Shown here piece by piece: positions 19,460 through 28,155 of a stretch of DNA of 64,000 nucleotides (within the stretch, counting starts at the first letter, position 1; every line of letters starts with the position of its first letter). The stretch lies in contig CAVPFA010000003.1 in the NCBI GenBank assembly GCA_963703655.1, positions 912,972 through 976,971 on the forward strand, in the 5' to 3' direction. The notes under the pieces are model-generated. The model was not told where the DNA came from. It ran no database searches and worked only from the letters and a program-made list of their open reading frames with translations. The position numbers and the translations under genes are program-made. Source of the stretch: an uncultured Acidimicrobiaceae bacterium (lineage in GTDB: Bacteria > Actinomycetota > Acidimicrobiia > Acidimicrobiales > Bog-793).

Positions 19460-21772
19460 TTACCGACGCGCTGGTTTCTTGGGTGGAATGAAGCCGAGGC
19501 TCATGTACCCCCGGGCACGTTCGCTGTACATCCGCGCGAGCACCGGAACCTCGGCATCGACGTAGTCGTGCACCACAACGTGTGCCTTGTCAGGTGTCGG
19601 CCGTAGAATGCGGCCGACGTACTGGACGATGCTCCCCTTGAACTTGATGGGGAAGGCCAGAAAGACAGTGTCCAGTGCCGGGCAATCGAATCCCTCGCCA
19701 AGGAAGCTGGCGGTAGCGACGAGGACGGTGCCGACCAGCCCAGGCTGAGCGAGTCGATCGACGACCGCTCGTCTTGCCTTCTTGCTCATGCCTCCTTGGA
19801 GAACATGGGCAGTGATCCCGCGAGTGGCGAGATCCTCCACAATCGCGTATAGATGCTCGGTCCAACGCGTGAGCACGAGGCTGTTTCGTCCCTCGTTGAC
19901 CGAAACCGAAATGTCGTCGCAGATCAACCTCGTCCTGCTGACGTCGGCCACAACGCCTCGAAATGTCTCTTGAATGTGCAGACCAGGGCTTTCAGCGTGA
20001 GCCGTTTCATGGACGACTAGCTCCCGCTGCAACAGCTGACTCCCAGACGGCTCCTGCATCCGATGCCTTATTGGCCCACAGTGCATCGTCATCATGGCTT
20101 GAAGCCCGTCTCGCCGGTATGGTGTCGCCGTCAGACCGAGCCATCGGCGCACAGGTATTTGGCCAACTGCGCGCTCGAACGTGACGGCGGGAACGTGGTG
20201 GCACTCGTCGACAACCACGAGCCCGTAGCGCTCCGTTAGCTCCGCGAGGTCTTCGCGGCGGGCAAGACTTTGAACCATCGCCAGGTCGACCACACCGTTC
20301 GCCTTCCGCTTCGAACCGATCTGTCCGACGCGCTTCCTATCGAGACCGAGGTAAGTGGTCAAACGGTCTCGCCATTGTTCGATAAGCGGCTGGCGATCGA
20401 CGATCACCAGAGTGGGTACACGGTGAAGAGCAATGAGGGCACACGCAATGAGGGTTTTCCCGGCTCCTGGCGGCGCAACAAGTACGCCTAGCTCATGCCC
20501 TACAAGTGCATCGACGGCGATCTGCTGGTCGGGGCGCAGAGTCGCGAGCGTCTCGTATTCGACCACATTTGTCGACTCGTATGCCTCGATGATCTCGAGC
20601 CGACTCTCGGCCTCGAGCGCGATCGCTTCAGCTTGAGGACGAACGCCCCTCGGGAGTAACAACTGGTCGAGCGTCTCTCTGTAGCAGCGGATGAACCTTG
20701 GCGTGTTGCCGGTCCAAAACCGGTTCCTCTCCTTCTCATAGAAGGCGGGATTGTGCAACGACGCGACATGCTTCAGCGCGGCCAGCAAGGACGGCGGCAG
20801 CCCGATGCGGTCCACCGCCAGCATCGCGGAAGCCAACGCTCGTATCGACGCAGGCGGAGGGGGCGAACCCGGCGCGCGACTGGGGCGACGGTAGGTGCGC
20901 GCGCCCGGGCCGATTGGCACATCGCCGAGGCTCTCGGCGAGCGCGAGCGCGGCCTCGCGACTGAGGCGGTCGACAGACGCCAAGAACTCCCACTGGTCCG
21001 GGTGGGGCTCCACCGTCGATGGGTCGAGAAAAACAGTCGTTCCCTTGTTACGACATTCGCCCTGAAGCGGGAGAGCAATGAGGTTGCCGAAGCCTTGCCT
21101 CGGTAGGAAGTCCTGTGCTGGGAAAAGCCGGTCGTAGCTCACGAGGTCGATCTCACCGCGAGCTGTCATGGCTTCGCGCAGGAGGTACGCGCCGATCCGT
21201 CGAGCCGAGCTCGCGGGCACCCGGTCTCCGAAGAAAGCCCACACGTGGCCGCCATCTCCGGATCGAGATCGCTCGAGCACAGCGGGAATGCCGGTAGCTC
21301 GCGCGGCGTCGAGATAGGCAAGAGCGTCAAGCGTCCACCCTGTGCCGTCGAAGTCGCACACCAATAAGAAGCAAGAGTCGTCACCCATCAGGGGATAGAG
21401 ACCGACACTGATCGTCCCGGAGAGATGGTCCGCGGTCACCTCTCCGCTCAGCGGCAAGAGCTCCCTGTCGGGTCTGCGACTGTTCGACCACCCGCCCCTG
21501 AATGCCGGCCCCCATCCCGACTTGCCGGTCCGAAGGCTCTCCCAGCGCAGCGCGTAGACGTCGTCTCGGCCTCGGAATAATGCTCGGAAGAGCTCGACCT
21601 TGTGCTGCGACGACGAACGTCGCGTCACGTCAGAGGCCAAGGCTGAACGGTTCGCCGGAAAGAGCGTTGGTTCCCAGGCGCTCACGGGAACGGCACGGTC
21701 TTGGCGCCCCAGGCCGAGAAGATCTCGTAGACGATGGTTCTCCGCCTCGAGCGCCGCGACCCGTTCATCCAA
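19460..21772 (-). CDS. Archaeo-eukaryotic-primase (PrimPol) domain fused to an SF2 DEAH-box helicase (770 aa)
   Basis: N-terminal AEP motifs: I FLLVCDFDGTG (DxD), II SRSGDGGHVWAFF (sGxGxHhh), III YDRLFP, and RQGFGNLIALP (RxGxxN). C-terminal Walker A PPGAGKT, DECH box VVDECHH, motif III TATP, plus helicase C-domain motifs. Confidence 0.8.
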   Translation of the reverse strand: MDERVAALEAENHRLRDLLGLGRQDRAVPVSAWEPTLFPANRSALASDVTRRSSSQHKVELFRALFRGRDDVYALRWESLRTGKSGWGPAFRGGWSNSRRPDRELLPLSGEVTADHLSGTISVGLYPLMGDDSCFLLVCDFDGTGWTLDALAYLDAARATGIPAVLERSRSGDGGHVWAFFGDRVPASSARRIGAYLLREAMTARGEIDLVSYDRLFPAQDFLPRQGFGNLIALPLQGECRNKGTTVFLDPSTVEPHPDQWEFLASVDRLSREAALALAESLGDVPIGPGARTYRRPSRAPGSPPPPASIRALASAMLAVDRIGLPPSLLAALKHVASLHNPAFYEKERNRFWTGNTPRFIRCYRETLDQLLLPRGVRPQAEAIALEAESRLEIIEAYESTNVVEYETLATLRPDQQIAVDALVGHELGVLVAPPGAGKTLIACALIALHRVPTLVIVDRQPLIEQWRDRLTTYLGLDRKRVGQIGSKRKANGVVDLAMVQSLARREDLAELTERYGLVVVDECHHVPAVTFERAVGQIPVRRWLGLTATPYRRDGLQAMMTMHCGPIRHRMQEPSGSQLLQRELVVHETAHAESPGLHIQETFRGVVADVSRTRLICDDISVSVNEGRNSLVLTRWTEHLYAIVEDLATRGITAHVLQGGMSKKARRAVVDRLAQPGLVGTVLVATASFLGEGFDCPALDTVFLAFPIKFKGSIVQYVGRILRPTPDKAHVVVHDYVDAEVPVLARMYSERARGYMSLGFIPPKKPARR

Positions 21773-21829
21773 GTCGACGTCTGGGCGACGTTCACCCGAG
21801 TCCTCGGTGGTCGTCAGATCCTGCTCCTT

Positions 21830-22837
21830 TCAGCGTTGGGCATGATCGGGACAACTGCCACTTGGCGGGTACCAGTTGGGGCAACGAGTTACTGCGGTTG
21901 TCCTGATGTCGTGATGAGGGCACCGAAGGTTGCCAGGTTTCCATCCGCTTCGTGCCCATTTGGCACGTTCGCGGGTGATGGCGGAGGTCGAGCGTCGTGC
22001 ATCGTAGAGCGGATCCAGATTCTGGTCACTCCAAAGGATCAAGTCGGTCGCCGCACGCTGGACTTCGTACTCAGCCAGTCCATCGGACGTAAGCAGCTCG
22101 AGATCGTCGCGGAACTGCTGGTCCGCCGCGTTCGCCGCCAGGCGCTGGCGAAACGTCGCCGGCGGTACTCCGCAGGCACTCAAGTAGTGGTCACCCGCAA
22201 CGGCTAGGTCGGCGTCGGCGATCCGGAGTTCCCGGCGCGCGAGCCACATGTCCCACAGGTCACGCCCTTTTCGTCGTTGTGCAAGAGCCCGGAACTTAGT
22301 CCCCACGAGCTCGCCAGGCCGGAAGGTCGGTATCTCGGCTTTCCCTGACCACCAACGGGTGTCGACGCTGTGAGCAATCCGGGTTAGCGCAAGTGCCGGC
22401 GGAACCTCGTTGGTGTTGACCTCGATCTTGACCCGCAGCGTGACTCCAGAATCGGCTTCACCCTCCAAGAGAACCTTGACGCTCCCGTGGACGACGTTAC
22501 GACTCGCTTCCCGAAGGGGGCTTTCTGCAACCGCCGACCGGATGGCGTCAACGACCCAGCCGGTCGGTCCGGGGCGGCCGACGAGAACGTAGTCGAGATC
22601 CTCCGAGTATCTCCTCGCTCTTGGCAGGTGCAGCTTGTGCAAACATGTGCCGCCGCGCCACACCAGGCAACGGCCAATCTCGTCGTGGCTGGCCAGGAGA
22701 ATCGCCAGCTGCGAGAGCAACAGGTCTTGTTCTACTTGCTCCTCGGTCGACCAAGGATGCTCCCGACGCCACTGCGTGAGGACCGGTGGGGGAATCACTC
22801 GTCGGGCTCCACTGCAACATTCACTATCACCTGCCAC
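21830..22837 (-). CDS. abiEii: AbiEii/AbiGii-family nucleotidyltransferase toxin (type IV TA, DUF1814)
   Basis: GGTCLHKLHL...RYSEDLDYV nucleotidyltransferase signature. Overlaps the upstream AbiEi gene by 43 nt. Confidence 0.8.
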   Translation of the reverse strand: MAGDSECCSGARRVIPPPVLTQWRREHPWSTEEQVEQDLLLSQLAILLASHDEIGRCLVWRGGTCLHKLHLPRARRYSEDLDYVLVGRPGPTGWVVDAIRSAVAESPLREASRNVVHGSVKVLLEGEADSGVTLRVKIEVNTNEVPPALALTRIAHSVDTRWWSGKAEIPTFRPGELVGTKFRALAQRRKGRDLWDMWLARRELRIADADLAVAGDHYLSACGVPPATFRQRLAANAADQQFRDDLELLTSDGLAEYEVQRAATDLILWSDQNLDPLYDARRSTSAITRERAKWARSGWKPGNLRCPHHDIRTTAVTRCPNWYPPSGSCPDHAQR

Positions 22838-23574
22838 CGCGGGTCAATCGCGCCGTGGGCCGCTCCCTTCGGGTCAAGCAGCGTGAGGTTCCTGTCTCCC
22901 TTGACGGACTCTTCCAGTGCAGTCAGCTCCATGTCGCTCTTGACGCACTCGAGAAGAAACCCCAATCGGCGCGCAGCCGCCCGCGGCCGTTGCGATATCT
23001 GCTCGGCGAGGTTGTCGGCGTCGAGGGTGAGTTCCCGTAAGACAGTTGCGACGTTGCCGACGCCGGCACCTCGACCCGGGGTTTGGGCGAGGTCGAAAGC
23101 ACACGTCTCCGGCGTCGCGACCCGAAGCGACCCGGTCGGCCCAGTCGCCATCGCCACCGGCCACTTTGACATCCGGACATCAGTGTAGAAATGCAGTCTC
23201 GGCTTGGACATCCTGTCGATCACTGAACGATCGACGACCACCTGAGTTACCTGGGCCGCTTGGTGTGCTGCGCCATGACGAGCCGCAGCAGACAGGTAAC
23301 CAAGGTAATAGTTCCGATCGAGGTGACGGCAGAGGTCGTCGAGGAACCATTCAGCCGGCACGGTGCCCTCGTGCCGGTACTGCGGCGGGATGAGGACGTA
23401 AAGGCCCCTTACAGGGCTGAACAGCAGATGCCGTCGTTGCGCCTCGGCGACGGCGACTCGCACCGACCCCGGCGAGGATCCTGAGCGGTTGCGAACCTGC
23501 TCCTGGGTGACCGTTACCTGCCCTTCGCTGAGGAACTCGTCCCAGAGGCCGGTGAAGCGCGTACTAGCAGCCAC
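22795..23574 (-). CDS. abiEi: AbiEi-family antitoxin / transcriptional regulator
   Basis: GTG start. YVLIPPQYRHEG-type AbiEi C-terminal domain and N-terminal wHTH. Perfect palindrome immediately upstream of the start codon. Confidence 0.78.
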   Translation of the reverse strand: MAASTRFTGLWDEFLSEGQVTVTQEQVRNRSGSSPGSVRVAVAEAQRRHLLFSPVRGLYVLIPPQYRHEGTVPAEWFLDDLCRHLDRNYYLGYLSAAARHGAAHQAAQVTQVVVDRSVIDRMSKPRLHFYTDVRMSKWPVAMATGPTGSLRVATPETCAFDLAQTPGRGAGVGNVATVLRELTLDADNLAEQISQRPRAAARRLGFLLECVKSDMELTALEESVKGDRNLTLLDPKGAAHGAIDPRWQVIVNVAVEPDE

Positions 23575-23599
23575 GAAAGTTAGTGTACTGCTAACTTTC
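23575..23599. promoter_or_regulatory. Perfect inverted repeat GAAAGTTAG-tgtactg-CTAACTTTC abutting the abiEi start codon. Candidate AbiEi autoregulatory operator.
   Basis: 9-bp arms with 7-bp spacer read from sequence. AbiEi antitoxins are known to autorepress through inverted repeats. Confidence 0.5.
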
Positions 23600-23797
23600 G
23601 TCGTGATCAGTATGCGTGGTGAAGTTACTAGTGTCTACGTCCCGCAAAGTCGATCGGCCGGGCGGCCGGGCGACGCCGCCCTAGCGGCCTCTACACCAGG
23701 CATAACTCTGCCCCTCCGTATCTGCTCGAGGTGCCGGCCCCACCCCAACCGCGCTACTCCTCTTGTTCTCGACAATCCCACGGCGGCTGCGTGCCGT

Positions 23798-24493
23798 CTA
23801 ATCGCGGCTCGGTGGCTTCGAAGAGCGCGTCTGGAGGTCGGCCTCGGCACCCTTGTCACCCTCGAAGAGATCAGTATGGTCGAAGCTCTCGCCCAATCGC
23901 ATCATGGCCCTTCGTCGAGTGACTGACCCCGAGAGGCTCGAAAAGGCCGCACGGCTGCCATGAGCGTCGCCCTTGAAGTTCTGGATACTCGACGCTGAGA
24001 AGCCGACTTGCCCACCCTCCGCGTAGGAGTCCTGATTGGCGCCCAGGTATGCGAAGGTCCACCCCTCTTTTTCGTGCTTCTTCACGAGATCAAAGAGCTG
24101 TTCGCGCCTGTACTCGACGCTTTGGTTCTCCTCACCGTCTGTGAAGGTCACGAACAGGATTGATTCTTGCGGCTCTCCGACTTCTTGGCGTTTTTCAGTA
24201 CGAATGGTCGCATCGGTGATGGCGTGGCCCATCGCGTCGTAGAGAGGTGTGCCGCCACGGGGAGCGAACGATTCTCTCGTGAGCGAGCGAACCTTCGCGA
24301 TCGGGAGCGCATCGGCGAGGACTTCATGAGGATCGTTCGAATCGAACTGGATGAGTGTCATCAAAGCGTCGGTGCCGTCGGACTGCTGATCGGCAAGGAA
24401 TCCGTTGAAACCTCCGACGACGTCGGAGGCCATGGACTCCATCGATCCCGAGCGGTCCAGAACGAAGTAAATGTGCAGATTAGTCGTGGGCAT
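23798..24493 (-). CDS. Stand-alone von Willebrand factor A (vWA) domain protein with intact MIDAS motif (231 aa)
   Basis: YFVLDRSGSM (DxSxS), conserved Thr/Asp downstream (GGTPLYDAMG, FTDGEEN). No signal peptide or TM. Confidence 0.75.
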   Translation of the reverse strand: MPTTNLHIYFVLDRSGSMESMASDVVGGFNGFLADQQSDGTDALMTLIQFDSNDPHEVLADALPIAKVRSLTRESFAPRGGTPLYDAMGHAITDATIRTEKRQEVGEPQESILFVTFTDGEENQSVEYRREQLFDLVKKHEKEGWTFAYLGANQDSYAEGGQVGFSASSIQNFKGDAHGSRAAFSSLSGSVTRRRAMMRLGESFDHTDLFEGDKGAEADLQTRSSKPPSRD

Positions 24494-24716
24494 GTCTCTT
24501 CCTAGGTGGTAGGGGCTTGGTGGCGTTGAGTCCGCGCTCGAGAACGAGACGGATCGTGTCGCTCATCCCGAGCGCCTCCGCGTTCCCGACCTCGGCGAGG
24601 CGCTGCAGCAAATCTTCAGGGAGCCGCACGCTGATGAGGCGGCTTGACGAGCGTTGGCCGAGTCTGGAGCTCGCCGCGAAGTAGTGGGATGGGGAGTTGG
24701 AGGGTTGCCGGTTCAC
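24480..24716 (-). CDS. Ribbon-helix-helix (CopG/MetJ-like) DNA-binding protein (78 aa). Overlaps the start of the vWA gene by 14 nt.
   Basis: ISVRLPEDLLQRLAEV... is a typical RHH beta-strand plus helix pattern. Operon-like overlap with the downstream vWA gene. Confidence 0.6.
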   Translation of the reverse strand: MNRQPSNSPSHYFAASSRLGQRSSSRLISVRLPEDLLQRLAEVGNAEALGMSDTIRLVLERGLNATKPLPPRKRHAHD

Positions 24717-24745
24717 CGCACTAATGTATTACAGACGTAGGACGT

Positions 24746-25246
24746 TTGTCAAACACAGGCCCTGCTCTCCCTGGAGGGGAGCGGTCTTGCGTCGCCACGG
24801 TGGTCGTGTTACCTAAGGTGCTCAGGTGTTGGCACAACAGGCCACGGCGGCAGGCGTTCGGATATCTGTTCGACAACTCACGGTTACCCGACTCCTTCAG
24901 ATCCAATTACCTGAAATGGGTCTTTGCGATGGACTCCTGCGGCTACAGCCCTTATGTCAGCCAGGTTTCGCAGTCAGTGCTGCCGAGCGCCCCGTACAAT
25001 GAGACCCATTTCCACAATCCCAGGTATCTCAGCCTCTATAACGAGGCGAATGCAACGATCGACAAGGCGAAGCGATGCGAGGTAATACACGAGATGCAGG
25101 TTATCGACTTCAACGAGGGCGGGTACATTATCCCGATGTTCAACAACTTCTTGAACATCATGGCGCCCAAAGTCAACGGATTTCCGAGAGGCGGTACAGG
25201 TATACCGCTCGGCAACGCCAGCTGGGAACAGGCGTGGCTCGCGTGA
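24746..25246 (+). pseudogene. 3'-terminal fragment of an ABC transporter family-5 (peptide/nickel) substrate-binding protein gene; AT-rich codon usage, i.e. foreign
   Basis: YNETHFHNPRYLSLYNEANATIDKAKRCEVIHEMQVIDFNEGGYIIPMFNNFLNIMAPKVNGF matches an SBP_bac_5 C-terminus. It lacks the ~400 N-terminal residues. Local GC is ~52%. Confidence 0.6.
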
Positions 25247-25330
25247 GCCGCTCCGGCGACGACCAGCGTTGCTGGGTTGAGCTTGGCCGGACTTCATGGA
25301 CAAACGACCGAACCGACTGGAGTGAGCTAG

Positions 25331-26101
25331 ATGACCGATCGGCTACGTGACAAGGTTGCGCTCGTAACGGGCGCCGGATCAGGCATTGGGCGGGCAGTGG
25401 CACAGCGTCTGGCTGAAGAAGGCGCTGAGGTCATTGTCACCTCGCGGACTCCATCCAAAGTCGAAGAGACCTGTGCACAAATCGAGCGAACCTGCGGCAG
25501 GCGCCCAACTGGTCTCTCTGTCGACGTCACTGAGCAGGAAAGTCTCGAATCAGCAATCGGCGAGATCGTGCGCCGGCATGGCTCGATCGATGTCGTCTCG
25601 AACAACGCAGGGATTGATCTCGTGAACTTGCCATCTGTCGCCGAGACCTCCGACGCGGACTGGGCTGAAGTGATGGACGTGAACGTTACCGGGATCTTTA
25701 GGGTATGCCGAGCCGTGATCCCTCACCTGCGCGCCGGCGCATCCGTTGTCAATATGGCCTCGATGCTCTCATTGGTCGCGGCGGCAGGTGAGGCTTCGTA
25801 TGCGGCCTCGAAAGGAGCCCTGCTGCAATTCTCACGAGTAATGGCGCTTGAGCTAGCGCCTCGGGGTGTCCGGGTGAATTGTGTATGTCCCGGCATCATC
25901 GATACGCCCATGACCGATGCATTCCTCGAACTGAGCCCGGACCCCGAGGGATTGCGAGCAGAGTACGCAGCCGTCGCGCCCATGAACCGGCTTGGCACCG
26001 CCGTTGAGGTTGCCAACTGCGTGGTGTTCCTGGCGTCGGACGAGGCTTCCTTCGTGACCGGCACGTCAATCGTCGTCGACGGCGGAACGACCGCGCAGTG
26101 A
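25331..26101 (+). CDS. Short-chain dehydrogenase/reductase (SDR)
   Basis: TGAGSGIGRAV Rossmann motif, NNAG, catalytic YAASK. Confidence 0.9.
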   Translation: MTDRLRDKVALVTGAGSGIGRAVAQRLAEEGAEVIVTSRTPSKVEETCAQIERTCGRRPTGLSVDVTEQESLESAIGEIVRRHGSIDVVSNNAGIDLVNLPSVAETSDADWAEVMDVNVTGIFRVCRAVIPHLRAGASVVNMASMLSLVAAAGEASYAASKGALLQFSRVMALELAPRGVRVNCVCPGIIDTPMTDAFLELSPDPEGLRAEYAAVAPMNRLGTAVEVANCVVFLASDEASFVTGTSIVVDGGTTAQ

Positions 26102-26421
26102 CACTCGGTTGTGCCCGGCCGGCCGTGTAGTCCACAGCTCGACCTCGGCGACCGGCTTGCCTGGCGGCGAGCATGCCTGCCTCGGCGAGCCCTGACCGGA
26201 CCGGACTTCGGCGCGACTTTCGCGTCAGCCCAGCTAGAGGGGGTCGCGGCACGGAGGTGTTTCCACGACCGCGTGGACTGAACGCCCAGCTCAGGCCTGA
26301 GACGGGTCACTGTTCGGGCAGCCGGCGGGGGGTAGCCAGCGAGCGCAAAGCGATTATCATTAGTCGTTGACTAAGGCCTCCGGGCCGGAGGAGCCCGCGG
26401 CGGAACCGAAGGGGGTCCCCG

Positions 26422-27162
26422 ATGCCCAAAGAAATAGCCCTGGCCAGGACGATGGTGGAACTGGCCGATAACCTCGTCGACGACTTCGACGTCGTGGAGT
26501 TCTTCACGCTGCTGACAAGCCGATGCGTCGACCTGCTCGACGTGTCCGCGGCTGGACTCATGCTCGTCGCCCCCGAGGGGGACCTGCGGGTGATGGCGTC
26601 GTCGTCAGAGGCGATGCACCTCTTGGAACTGTTCGAGCTGCAAGCCGAGGAGGGCCCCTGCCTGGACTGCTACCACACCGGCGATCTGGTCGTGAACGAG
26701 GACCTCGCCACGATGGACGGACGTTGGCCCCGGTTTGCCGCCCGGGCTCTCGAACTCGGCTTCCGGTCAGCCCACGCCGTTCCCATGCGCCTGCGCGGGA
26801 CAATCATCGGCGCCATCAATCTGTTCGGGACCGAGCCGGGCGCAATGCGAGAGGGTGACATCGCCGCGGCCCACGCGTTCGCCGATGTCGCCACGATCGC
26901 CATTCTCCAGCACCGCGCCTCTGTCGACGCCCAGGACTTGAACGAACAGCTGAACAACGCGCTGAACAGTCGCATCCTCATCGAGCAAGCCAAAGGGATG
27001 CTTGCCGAACGCGCCAACCTCGACATGGCGGTGGCATTCGCCCGGCTGCGTGAGTACGCCCGTACCCACAACGTACTGCTCGCTTCGGTCGCACACGACT
27101 TCATCTCGGGAACGCTCAATACCGACTCGCTCCACGCCGTCGCTGCCCCGCGCGGATCTTGA
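26422..27162 (+). CDS. GAF-ANTAR RNA-binding antitermination regulator
   Basis: N-terminal GAF domain. C-terminal ANTAR IEQAKGMLAERANLDMAVAFARLREYARTHN. Confidence 0.85.
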   Translation: MPKEIALARTMVELADNLVDDFDVVEFFTLLTSRCVDLLDVSAAGLMLVAPEGDLRVMASSSEAMHLLELFELQAEEGPCLDCYHTGDLVVNEDLATMDGRWPRFAARALELGFRSAHAVPMRLRGTIIGAINLFGTEPGAMREGDIAAAHAFADVATIAILQHRASVDAQDLNEQLNNALNSRILIEQAKGMLAERANLDMAVAFARLREYARTHNVLLASVAHDFISGTLNTDSLHAVAAPRGS

Positions 27163-27560
27163 AGTCCTCGCCCCCTCGAGCCGGGACGCTTGGCCCGCTC
27201 GAGCCCGGCCTCGAGGTCAGGTTCGCGCGGCCGCCTCACCCACAAATCGGGCCGAGACCACCGCCCGCACATCAAGCCTCGACAGGGAAACCCAGCAGCG
27301 GCTCGACGGTCTCGTCAGAGCCCCAGCTGGAGGGCACGCAAGGTCCAGACGGCCCCCGCTGAGCTGTGCCTTGTGGAGGCGTTTTCCATCGGTGCACCTC
27401 TGGGGCCGCCCCACGATGTCTCGCGTCAGGAGTGTACACGGCTGGGATTGTGGTTTTCCAGAGGCAAAACGTGGGGAAAACGGCGATTTCTCGGGGATAT
27501 CTCGGGGATTACCGTCGAGATTGCTTAAGGTTCGCCACCGCTCGCGCCGATACGTAGCCT

Positions 27561-27788
27561 GTGGGACTCGCTGAGAACGCTCTGTTTGACGAGAGTGCGG
27601 CAAGGCGCGAGCAGATTGCCGATCTCGAGCACCTCATCGATTACCTGGTGGATCACCCCGAAGCCTACCTTGCCTTTCTGGAAACCCAGGAGGCGGCATA
27701 TTCCGAGGCGCTTCACTCGCGGCCCAACGCCGGGAAGCAGGAGGCTGCGGACGAGCAAGGTCCGCCCGTGACGCGAGGTCGTCCCTGA
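27561..27788 (+). CDS. Hypothetical small acidic protein (75 aa)
   Basis: ORF with GTG start in a lower-GC region downstream of the ANTAR gene. No known domain. Confidence 0.25.
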   Translation: MGLAENALFDESAARREQIADLEHLIDYLVDHPEAYLAFLETQEAAYSEALHSRPNAGKQEAADEQGPPVTRGRP

Positions 27789-27803
27789 CCCAGGGCGCGC
27801 CCC

Positions 27804-27980
27804 TCATGGCTCGGCCCGCCACGCGTAACTCTCCACCACGTCCCAAGCAGCGTCGTAGCGCTCGAAACTGTGGAACTCCTCGTCGTGACCTGCGAGCAAA
27901 TTGCAACTGATCTCAGGCCACAGCGGGTACTGGGAGCCGCACACGTCGATGCGCGTCCCGAAGACGTCGATGTCGTCCAT
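27804..27980 (-). CDS. Hypothetical small protein (~58 aa; MDDIDVFGTRIDVCGSQYPLWPEISCNLLAGHDEEFHSFERYDAAWDVVESYAWRAEP)
   Basis: C-terminal part of ORF 27804..28649 from internal ATG. GC3-rich codon usage consistent with host coding. Convergent with 27561..27788. Confidence 0.3.
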   Translation of the reverse strand: MDDIDVFGTRIDVCGSQYPLWPEISCNLLAGHDEEFHSFERYDAAWDVVESYAWRAEP

Positions 27981-28155
27981 CACGGATCCGCCTCGAAGCG
28001 GACGACCCATTGGAGCTTGCTCCGTACGCTCTCGTGACGCACCATCTCGGTCCCCCCCTCGCAGGCGACACGAATACGCTACGACGCCGGGAGGGCTCGC
28101 GTACAGTGGCCTACCCTTCCCACTTGAACCAGCTGTTCGACTAGACAGTCGGCCT

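Larger units (their letters stand above)
19192..25330. mobile_element. ~6 kb lower-GC genomic island (probable decayed integrative element) next to the tRNA-Asn/tRNA-Met pair. No integrase or flanking att repeat detected.
   Basis: GC drops to roughly 52-60% against ~70% elsewhere, with AT-rich codon usage. Cargo is a replication module (PrimPol-helicase), AbiE, RHH-vWA and a foreign SBP gene fragment. Confidence 0.6.

Noticed and set aside
19192-25330. Integrase/recombinase gene or att direct repeat defining a complete integrative element
   Set aside because: No tyrosine or serine recombinase motifs occur in any frame. I found no copy of the tRNA-Met 3' end (…GGTTCGATCCCTGCCGGGCCCACCA) at the distal boundary. 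The element is therefore called a remnant island only.
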